Source: an uncultured Hormoscilla sp. (GTDB lineage Bacteria > Cyanobacteriota > Cyanobacteriia > Cyanobacteriales > Desertifilaceae). From it: 64,000 nucleotides of DNA. The stretch lies in assembly GCA_963921275.4 (NCBI GenBank), contig OZ001293.3, forward strand, positions 96,001 to 160,000, read 5' to 3'. Position numbers and translations under genes: made by a program. Under the pieces are notes generated by a model. It saw only the letters and a list, made by a program, of their open reading frames with translations, made no database searches and had not been told where the DNA came from. Of the stretch, positions 43,873 through 52,746 are shown piece after piece (position 1 is the stretch's first letter; the number at the start of each line of letters is the position of its first letter).

Positions 43873-44174
43873 TTTGAGTTGTCAGTTGCGCAGGACGGCC
43901 AGATCGCCTGTCCGGAGGTCCGGAGGTCCTCACTGCTCAGCTGGATATGCTCCCTCGAATCATCGAAGGGGATTTTATTGCTAATTTTGATCTTACCTCT
44001 AAGTACCGCTCGCAGCAATCGATTCACAGCTCTTTGCTCTTGTTCGTCCAGGGACTCATCTAATATGGCGGCCATCAGTCCATAGCGGTCAGTTAGAGTG
44101 AGCACGCCACTGTCGCTACTAGAGGCGAAAATTTCTGCAATAGCACCAGGTATAAGTTGAACTTGTGGTAACAT
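43866..44174 (-). CDS. Conserved cyanobacterial hypothetical protein
   Basis: DRYGLMAAILDESL.E.E..AVNRLL motif. Confidence 0.65.
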   Translation of the reverse strand: MLPQVQLIPGAIAEIFASSSDSGVLTLTDRYGLMAAILDESLDEQEQRAVNRLLRAVLRGKIKISNKIPFDDSREHIQLSSEDLRTSGQAIWPSCATDNSNH

Positions 44175-44417
44175 ATCATTACATTTAACCCTACTATTCC
44201 CATATCTCTCTTTTTTACTCATGGCAATCTGTGATACACATCATCTGTGCCAGTGATGGTAAACACAGCCGATCCCCGATAGATGATGTATCGGGGGGCT
44301 GAAGGTATGGGGGTTGGCGCAGCAGTAGGAGTTATGTATAATTTTGCAGCAGTTGCCATTGTAGCACAGCAGCAGATGGGATATGCTTAAAGTTGTTCTT
44401 ACCGAAGCTGTTGTCTT

Positions 44418-46602
44418 ATGACTCAAAGGCCGCAGATATGTGAAAATCTGCCAGAACAGGTGGAGAAGATACTGGGACTATTGCATCAAGAGCCATCTTT
44501 GCGGAGTCAGGATGTCTCAGCTGTACAGGGGTCCCTGAAAAAGGCGATCGCGCCCAAATTTGAAATCGTATTTGCGGGTGCTTTCAGTGCGGGAAAGTCG
44601 ATGTTAATGAATGGGCTGCTGGAACGGGAATTGCTCTATAGTGCTGAAGGGCATGCTACGGGCACCCAATGCTATATTGAATATGCCGAACCAGATGCAG
44701 AGCGAGTGGTCCTCACCTTCTCGAGTGCAGCGGAAATTAAAACACAGGCGATGGCGTTGTGTCAGGGACTGGGAATGTCTGCTGCTACGAAGATCGACGA
44801 GTCCGAAGTGGTCGATCTGCTGGGCCAAGGATGTAAAGCTATTATTCAGACAGAGGGTGGCGAGGGTAAGTCAGAACGGGCTAAACAGGCCCGGGCCTTG
44901 ATGCTGCTGCTGTCCGGGTACGAGAAAAATCGCGATCGCATCCACCCTAGCAACAATGCTACCTACTCCATGGAGCAATTTGATTTCTCGAACCTGAAGG
45001 AAGCTGCGAGTTATGCGCGACGTAGCAGTAACTCTGCTGTCCTCAAGCGGATCGAGTATTATTGCTATCATCCTCTGTTGCAGGATGGCAACGTGTTAAT
45101 AGATATGCCCGGCATTGACGCCCCTGTCAAGCAGGACGCGGAACTGACTTATCAGAAAATTGCCGATCCAGAAACTTCAGCAGTTATCTGCGTGCTCAAA
45201 CCTGCTTCAGCAGGAGATGTGACGACGGAAGAAACGGAACTGTTGGAGAATATCCGCGAAAATCCCGGCATTCGCGATCGGGTGTTTTACGTCTTCAACC
45301 GCATTGACGAGACTTGGTACAATACCCAGTTGAGGAGGCGATTAGATGATTTAATCGGTTCTCAGTTTGCCGATAGCAGTCGGGTTTACAAAACTAGCGG
45401 TTTGTTGGGGTTCTACGGAAGTCAGATTAAAGGAACCAGCGGACGCGATCGCTTTGGGTTAGATTCTGTTTTTGCCGAAAGCGTGAAAACCATGGACGGA
45501 GAGGAGGAGACGCTGCAATTTGTCTATGAGTTTAATCGCTACTGCACCTCTGGTAAACTTTCTCCGAGTAAATTTCGGATTTCTGTGAATGGTTTTGAAA
45601 CTCCGAATCAGAATTACGTGCGGATAATGGCGGAACAGGGGACGGCCCTGATGGAACAGTTGATTGCAGATAGCGGGATAGAGGAATTCAAAAGTGCCAT
45701 TACCCGTTATCTGACGGAGGAAAAGCGTCCCCAACTGTTTGCTAATCTCGCAGATGACTTGCAACCTCTATGCATTAGCTTGCGCAAGCATTATCTCAGC
45801 ATTCAGCGGGATCTAGACAGTCAACCCCGGGAAATTGCAGGGATGAAGGCCCGGGAGTTAGAACAACTGAACCAGCAGTTACAGCAGGTGGGGGAAGCTT
45901 TTTATCAGCAGGTGGAAGCGGAAGTCAATCAGGTGGTGACTAACCGCTGTCGGGAGTTAGAATCTGATTTTGAGAAGCTTCAGTCTCGGATGGTGCGCCG
46001 CTTGGATGAGTTGTTAGATACCTTTTCCGTGCGATCGGCCTACGAACAAGCAACTCTCAGTCATCCCCGCAATGCTACCGCCCCCTTATTGGCAGTTTTG
46101 GTGGAGGCCCTTTACGCGATCGCGAACCAGTTGGAAGATATTTTAGTTGAAGCTTGTCAGTCAATTACTGCTGAAGCTAGATTTTGAGCCGAAAGTTTCT
46201 GCTACAGTGCGGCGCAATTTCCGCCAGGTAATCAACCAAACCCTGAAAACCCAGTTGTTGCCAGCAGCAGCACGGCAGCAAGAGGAAATTTTGAGCAGAT
46301 ACAGTCAAGCGCGGGCATTTTTAGGACAAACTCTGGAAAAAGAAGCAGAAGAACTGATCGCCAATAATCAGCGGTTGCTGAGTGAGGTCGAGCAAAAGAT
46401 CGAGCAGTATAATCAAGCAGTAGGGGGAATAAATGCTTGTCTGAAGGCCATGCAATTGGACCGGCATCAGTTGCCCATGATTGCCGAAGAAGAATTGCTG
46501 CCAGTTGATAATGGTTCAGAAGCAAACACCGCGATACCCGACGCGATACCCGACGCGATACCCGACGCGATACCCGACGCGATACCCGACGCGATACCCT
46601 AA
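44418..46602 (+). pseudogene. Dynamin-like GTPase, frameshifted/deleted near 46170
   Basis: GAFSAGKS, DMPG, NRID; C-terminus continues in another frame (46147-46602). Confidence 0.8.
46530..46599. repeat. 12-bp tandem repeat, ~6 copies (encodes AIPD)
   Basis: gcgatacccgac. Confidence 0.9.
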
Positions 46603-46724
46603 AGGGTATCGCTACATGGACAAAGCCCGCCTGCGCGGGCTAGGCTTTTGTAGGGTGGGCTAGGCTTTTGTAGGCACCGCCCACCAGCAGCAGGTTGTTA
46701 TGATGGGAGAAATTATTCTCAGGA

Positions 46725-47126
46725 ATGGAGATGGAAATGGAAGATAATATATCTTGGCACAACTTGAGTGATGATGATGTTTTGTCATTCGATCGGGGTG
46801 ATTCTACGTTCAGAGTAGGAAGATTTAAGCAATTAGTAAAGCAGACCTTAGATGCGAAAGAAGTAGGATATTATCTATTACAAGAATTCCAAAAAATAGG
46901 CATAAAAGTTGAAATGCCTATATATTTTACCGGGGAGGATACTGAACGTGAAAAATGGTTTATAGAAGGAGCAGATTGTGAAATAATGAAAACTAAGGAA
47001 CCAGGCTGGAAAAAAGCAAAAGCTCGCTTGAAAATCGCAATTGAGGTTTGGTCTGAGGAACCCGAAACTAGCGAACCGGAATCGCCCCTTGACGATCTGC
47101 GGCAAAAGCTAAGTGATGAGAGTTGA
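46725..47126 (+). CDS. KGK domain protein 1
   Basis: DDDVLSF, EGADCEI...GWKKAKARL, ESPLDDLRQ. Confidence 0.88.
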   Translation: MEMEMEDNISWHNLSDDDVLSFDRGDSTFRVGRFKQLVKQTLDAKEVGYYLLQEFQKIGIKVEMPIYFTGEDTEREKWFIEGADCEIMKTKEPGWKKAKARLKIAIEVWSEEPETSEPESPLDDLRQKLSDES

Positions 47127-47189
47127 CAGTTGAGATTGGTAATTGATGAAAATAACAATTATTAGTGCGATCGCAGGTTAAGATTGGCA

Positions 47190-47417
47190 ATGGTGACAAT
47201 AACAGTTGATGTGAATAAGGTAGAGATGAGCTTAAAAGAGTTATTATCTCTCGTAAGCGAAGGTACAGAAATTGTCCTTACTGAAAATAATATTCTCCGG
47301 GCCCGTTTAGTCCCGATCGCCTCACAAACATTGCCGCGTATTGCGGGATTATGTTCGGGACAAGGAATGCTGCGCGATCGACCATTACCCGACGAATTCT
47401 GGACAGGGGGTGCATGA
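47190..47417 (+). CDS. Phd-like antitoxin; partner toxin cut after three codons
   Basis: ARLVPI...PRIAGL...PLPDEFW; overlapping ATGAAGCTG then a junction. Confidence 0.65.
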   Translation: MVTITVDVNKVEMSLKELLSLVSEGTEIVLTENNILRARLVPIASQTLPRIAGLCSGQGMLRDRPLPDEFWTGGA

Positions 47418-47566
47418 AGCTGGTTGACAGCATAGTTTGTTTGACGATATACTATAAATAACAGTAATTAGCTAACAGTAGCATTACTGTGGTATAATCG
47501 GCAGAGAGTATTGGCGAAAGGGTGCATCTCAATTTAGCAAGGGCGAAGCAAGCGGCAAATATAACC

Positions 47567-47851
47567 ATGACTCAAACACATCTGTCTGAACCAAATCAGG
47601 AATATACTCTCCAGGCCGGAGAGGGAGGTAACTTACTGCTGCCAGTACCAGTGCAGCAGCAGCTCAACCTTAAACTAGGCGATCGCCTTACCCTGACTGT
47701 GGAGGCAGATGGTAGCTTACGCCTAGTTAGCTTACGCCAACAAGTCCAGAAACTTCAGGGACTTTTCAAAGACATTGCGCCAGGAGTTAGTCTTGCAGAT
47801 GAACTGATTCAAGAACGGTGTGAAGAAGCTCGTCGAGAGAGCGAAAAATGA
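47567..47851 (+). CDS. AbrB/MazE-family antitoxin
   Basis: LPVPVQQQLNLKLGDRL; SLADELIQER. Confidence 0.8.
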   Translation: MTQTHLSEPNQEYTLQAGEGGNLLLPVPVQQQLNLKLGDRLTLTVEADGSLRLVSLRQQVQKLQGLFKDIAPGVSLADELIQERCEEARRESEK

Positions 47852-48255
47852 ATAGTCCAGTTGCAGTTTTAGATGCATCAGCTCTCTTAGCTTATTTGCA
47901 AGGGGAACCAGGTGCAGAGCGAGTTGCGGAAGTCTTAGTGCTCGGTGCCGCGATCAGTTCAGTAAACTGGGCAGAAACCCTTACCAAATTAGCTGAGCGC
48001 GGTCAAGACCCCGAGGCAGTGGCTACCCAATTGCGCGATCGAGGTCTATTAAACAAGACTCTATTGGTCTACCCAGTAGACGAGAGTCTGGCGCGTAAGA
48101 TAGCTCAACTACGTTTGCCAACCCGTTCTGAGGGACTATCTCTAGGCGATCGCGCTTGTCTTGCTCTCGCGAGTCAACTTAAAAAACCAGTGATCACTAC
48201 AGACCGAGCCTGGAACAGCTTAAATTTAGCCGTGGAGATCCGTTTAATTCGCTAA
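47848..48255 (+). CDS. vapC: VapC/PIN toxin
   Basis: VLDASALLA, SVNWAE, LSLGDRACLALA, TTDR. Confidence 0.9.
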   Translation: MNSPVAVLDASALLAYLQGEPGAERVAEVLVLGAAISSVNWAETLTKLAERGQDPEAVATQLRDRGLLNKTLLVYPVDESLARKIAQLRLPTRSEGLSLGDRACLALASQLKKPVITTDRAWNSLNLAVEIRLIR

Positions 48256-48460
48256 TTTATCTGATATTTGTCCAGTTTTTCGCATCAAAAGCATTTACCT
48301 TATGGAAGTAATTGCTTGCCCAAAAATGGGTCGTAAAACATACTTTATGCACGACAAGGTGAATTGCGTAAAAATTAAATTTTTGAGTAGCTTCGCGAAC
48401 ATTGACATTAATATCAGTACAGCGAAAAGAGTTGGCAGGACAATTGTACGGGAGGTTGAC

Positions 48461-48823
48461 ATGGAATAAAAATTTACAACATGTGGTGATGATACTGTTG
48501 TATCATGGCAATCTACCACATTCAAGGTATCTATATTGAATGAAGCAATCCGGAAAATATTGTTAGAGGAAACAGATATAGTTCGTGACTCCCTATACAA
48601 TAATATAGGTTATCGTATAGGTTACAATCTTTTTAAAACAATATTAAGTGATGGGATAGATTATGAAATTCTAGAACCAGGTGCAAAGGGATGGCAGAAA
48701 GGAAAAATGAGACTGTGAGTCAATGTGGAGGTAGCGCTGATCCCGGAAGAACCAGAACCAGAAACCACTGAACCAGAATCACCCCTGGATGACTTGCGAC
48801 AAAAATTAAGAGATGAGACTTGA
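48461..48823 (+). pseudogene. KGK domain protein 2, with two stops
   Basis: ME*KF...DGIDYEILEPGAKGWQKGKMRL*...ESPLDDLRQKL. Confidence 0.85.
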
Positions 48824-48879
48824 CAGGGTTGACAGCTTTTTAGACAAGGTTTGCAGTCGGTTGAAAACCGACTTTAGCC

Positions 48880-49160
48880 TCGTTATTACGCAAATTGGCT
48901 TGGGTATGGTATAGATTGTGAAATACTCACACCAGGGAAAAAAAGATGGCAGAAAGGAAAAATGAGACTGAAAGTCAACGTGAAGGTAGAGTTTATCCCG
49001 GACGAACCAGAAACAACTGAACCAGAATCACCCCTAGATGACTTGCGCCAAAAGCTGTGAGAGTAAAATTGACATGAAAGAAATAAAGAAAACTCCCCGG
49101 CTCCAAATTCCCCCAGAGGTGCGGAAATATGTATTATCTCGGGACTGTTACCAATACCAA
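48880..49160 (+). pseudogene. KGK protein 3 (C-terminal half) plus a truncated HNH start
   Basis: GIDCEILTPGKKRWQKGKMRL...ESPLDDLRQKL; then MKEIKKTPRLQIPPEVRKYV, cut at ~49162. Confidence 0.8.
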
Positions 49161-49293
49161 AGGGTTGACAGCGGAGTTGGTTTGATGCTAGATTATAAAT
49201 AACGGTAATTAGCTAACAGGATCATTCCTGTGGTATAATCTGCAGAGAGGACCAGCGAAAATAGTTAGCAGGACAATTGTATTGGAGGTTGAG

Positions 49294-49644
49294 ATGGTAA
49301 AAAAAATAACGATAAAAGGATGCAGTGATGACGGTGTTTTTTCAGAAAAAGATATCACATTAAAAATATCTCAAGTAATTGATAAATTACAGAAGGCATT
49401 TTCCGATGCTAGTCTAGGAAACCTGGTTTATCGGGAGATAAATATTAGTGGCGTTGATTCCAAAAATTGGTTTGCGGATGGGATAGATTGTGAAATACTA
49501 GAACCAGGTGGAAAGGGATGGTAGAAAGGAAAAATCAGACTGCAAGTCAATGTGGAGGTACAGTTTACCCCGTCCGAACCAGAAACCCCTGAACCAGAAT
49601 CACCCCTGGATGACTTGCGCCAGAAGCTGCAAGAGGAAAATTGA
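49294..49644 (+). pseudogene. KGK domain protein 4, with one stop
   Basis: DGIDCEILEPGGKGW*KGKIRL...ESPLDDLRQKL. Confidence 0.85.
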
Positions 49645-49645
49645 C

Positions 49646-49900
49646 ATGAAAGAAATCAAGAAAACTCCCCGGATCCAAATTCCCCCAGAGGTGCGGAAAT
49701 ATGTATTCTCTCGGGACTCTTACCAATGCCAAAGCTGTGGCAAAACCCATCAAGAAACAGAACTGACTATAGATCACATTATCGCCCTGGCCCGTGGGGG
49801 CACCAACGACATCAGCAACCTGCAAACCCTGTGCCGTAGCTGTAACCAGCAGAAAAAACACCACTTCGACCCCCGGTTCAAGCGTCACTTCAGTAGCTAG
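49646..49900 (+). CDS. Small HNH endonuclease
   Basis: CQSC...IDHIIALARGG...NLQTLCRSCN. Confidence 0.9.
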   Translation: MKEIKKTPRIQIPPEVRKYVFSRDSYQCQSCGKTHQETELTIDHIIALARGGTNDISNLQTLCRSCNQQKKHHFDPRFKRHFSS

Positions 49901-49924
49901 TCGGTCCATCTAGGCGCGTTCGCG

Positions 49925-50045
49925 CCCCCGAAGCACTAAAGTGCTTACTACGAACCCCCGAAGCACTAAAGTGCTTACTACGAACCCCCGAAGCACTAAA
50001 GTGCTTACTACGAACCCCCGAAGCACTAAAGTGCTTACTACGAAC
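49925..50045. repeat. REP tandem array, four 30-bp units
   Basis: cccccgaagcactaaagtgcttactacgaa. Confidence 0.9.
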
Positions 50046-50104
50046 GACTCTCTAGACTCCCATCTTTGTTATAAAATTGATTAGCACTCGATCGGAATAA
50101 CAGG

Positions 50105-50985
50105 TTGATGACAGAAGCCGATCCACTAGCTACCGCTATAACCCCGATCGCAGAGGTGACCGAACGAGCAGCACTTGCACCCCTTGATGTAGAAGAGGTG
50201 TCCCTCGAACAGATCAAAAGCGAAACTCTCCTCAGACTCAGGGAGCCCTCGGATCGGCCCTGGGACTATCCGCTAGCGCAGGCGGTGCAGTCAGCAATGG
50301 CACAGCTGGCGGGCGATCGTCACTGAATTGCGATCGCCCGCCAACGGTTGGCCTGCTGGAGTGCCTCAAACCCCAGAAAACCTGCTTCCCTACGTAGCAG
50401 AAGAAGCCTACGGAGTCTTAAACGCCTTAAAAACATCCCAGATATCTGTAGAAACAGGGGAACATATCGGTCCATTTCTGCCCGGTTCCTTGTTATCTTC
50501 CCAATCGCCATATATTCTGATTGAAGGCTTAACCTTCCGACTGCTGTGGTACATCGCCAGAACTTCCTACGAACTGATGCAACTGATGAGCGGAATCAAA
50601 GCTAGAATCTTACCACCAGGTGAACAGTGGCAAACCGGAATTCTGCGACTGGCAGTCATTTTGACAGCTAAAGCCTCCGATTTTAGCAGTGCTGAATACC
50701 CGACTCGACCAATCTTTACAACTAGATTTAGCCACAGGAGAACCAGTCAAACCCAGTTTCTTTTTGCTGATGAGTGATGCTATAATTGAATTAGCAGAAA
50801 GCGGTTTATCTAAAGAACCAGAACAAGTTGGAGATCTGCTGACTAAGTTAATCGACCAAGTGCAAGCAACCCCTCCCACTCTCAAACTCAGTACCCCGAT
50901 AGAATTGCGAACAGCTGATGAAAATTGGCAACTCGGACTACTTCAACTCAGCATCGACCTAGAATTGATTCCTGATGATAGTTGA
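50105..50985 (+). pseudogene. Fragmented cyanobacterial hypothetical protein
   Basis: Three consecutive ORF pieces; TPENLLPYVAEEAY, LLWYIAR. Confidence 0.55.
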
Positions 50986-51063
50986 TAGTTGTCTTCGGAT
51001 CGCCTGCCCGGAGGTTGTCGTCTGAATTTTGAACTTTTAATTTTTAATTTTGAATTTATTATC

Positions 51064-51747
51064 ATGTACACTTACGCATTTATCAAAACCCCAGAAGTGA
51101 CTCTAGAATTACCCCAAGGGATCAAGGGTGATTTGGAAATTGTCAAGGAAAAGCAAATAGCAGCTATTGTCGAACCAGAAGTTTCTATAGAAACCATTGA
51201 AGCGATTATCCAAGATGACGAACTGCTGAAACATGCCTATATTAGACATGGGTTAGTTGTTAGTGAAACTTGCCGTCAAACTACTATCTTGCCTTTGCGC
51301 TTCTATCACTGTTTTGCCGATCGGGCCAACTTGGCATTGCATTTAGCCACCCATCAAGAGGAATATCTCACCCAACTAACCAACTTATCAGGTAAAGGAG
51401 AATACATTTTGAAATTTATTCGCCAAGAACCACCGGTACAAACCCTTGCTACTGAAGCCAAGGGGCGAGAATATTTTTTAGCTAAAAAGCAACGGTATCA
51501 AATTCAACAAGATTGGAAAATTCAACAAGCCCGGGAACGAGACTCGGTCATCGATCGAGTCTCTCAAGCCTATGGGGATGCGATCGTCGCCGAAGAACAA
51601 GAGCAAATTTATCTATTAATTAACCGCCATGTTGAAGAGTTGCTGTATCAGCAACTACAAAACTGGCAAAAATATTGTCCCAGCTGGGAATTACGCTTGT
51701 CAGATGCCATACCGCCTTATGACTTTTTATCACTCCAGACCACCTAA
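51064..51747 (+). CDS. GvpL/GvpF family gas vesicle protein
   Basis: MYTYAFI, ILPLRF, GREYFLAKK, PPYDF. Confidence 0.85.
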   Translation: MYTYAFIKTPEVTLELPQGIKGDLEIVKEKQIAAIVEPEVSIETIEAIIQDDELLKHAYIRHGLVVSETCRQTTILPLRFYHCFADRANLALHLATHQEEYLTQLTNLSGKGEYILKFIRQEPPVQTLATEAKGREYFLAKKQRYQIQQDWKIQQARERDSVIDRVSQAYGDAIVAEEQEQIYLLINRHVEELLYQQLQNWQKYCPSWELRLSDAIPPYDFLSLQTT

Positions 51748-52270
51748 TACCTGACATTTTCTTAATAGCCGGGTACATGTATTATATAATACATACATTT
51801 TCTAAACAACCGGAGTTTGATTTCAGGACTGGCATATGCCATCAGACAGAATTCAACAAAAAATTAAAATATGTTAAGAGAATTTCCGTATTACTTAAAA
51901 ACATCCACAGAATCCTTAAGTAAAGCAAAAGATTTTCACATAGGCAGGGCAGGCTTGATATAAAAGAACTAAGTAGTTGTCATGCAGACAAACAGATCTT
52001 GCTAGTGCTTGCCACAGCAGAAGACCTACGGTCCCGGTCCCAATGCAGTATGCCGATCGTCATGGGTATTTGAGCAAGACAAACCGCAGGTTGGTGTAGT
52101 ATAGTGACGCTAAAGGGGATAATTTACCGGATGTGACACAGAGAATTTGACGTTATTATGAAAAAAATAAGCATTGCAGACAAAAAAAATGGGAGATTTT
52201 CACAAAATTTTCACATTGCCAGGTGAGATTGGAAAAAAAATAAACTTAGCAGTAATTCGGTAAAAAAATC

Positions 52271-52555
52271 ATGTTTCCATCAGTCATAAACGAAAACATA
52301 GTGCAACTATTCAAGTACTGGAGTGAGGGCATTAAAGAAGGGATGAACCATAAAGGCGAATTATACGATCATGTGAGGTCATACCCCTCGGATGCAAGAT
52401 TGCAGGCTTATGAGTTAGGAGGCGAAATGGCCCATTCGGGAATGGATATCTGCCTGACTTGTTCTCAGTCGGGTTATAAGGTCTGGATGAACATGAAATC
52501 ATCGGTGACAGCTTCTGGTATAAAAGCAGAAACGAAACAACCAGTGTTGGCCTAA
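52271..52555 (+). CDS. Conserved cyanobacterial hypothetical protein
   Basis: FKYW..GIKEGM...RLQAY...YKVW pattern. Confidence 0.65.
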   Translation: MFPSVINENIVQLFKYWSEGIKEGMNHKGELYDHVRSYPSDARLQAYELGGEMAHSGMDICLTCSQSGYKVWMNMKSSVTASGIKAETKQPVLA

Positions 52556-52746
52556 GAGATCGAGAATGACGGAAATAGTGATGGGAAGGAAGAGACGATC
52601 GCGCGGTTCGTAGTAAACGCAAAGCGCGTTTGCCGCCCTTCCTGGTACTGGTCGGGATAAAAACATGGCTCAATAGCGCCGCATCTGGCCAGAAATCGGG
52701 GCTAAAATAGGAGAAAGCCGAGTAAGCGCAGCACAGCTAAAGACCG

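Noticed and set aside
47122..49172. Classical integron
   Set aside because: The junction GTTGACA does not fit GTTRRRY, no attC hairpins were recognised, and there is no integrase
51064..51747. Gas vesicle operon
   Set aside because: Only a lone gvpL/F-like gene; no gvpA/C/N in the window
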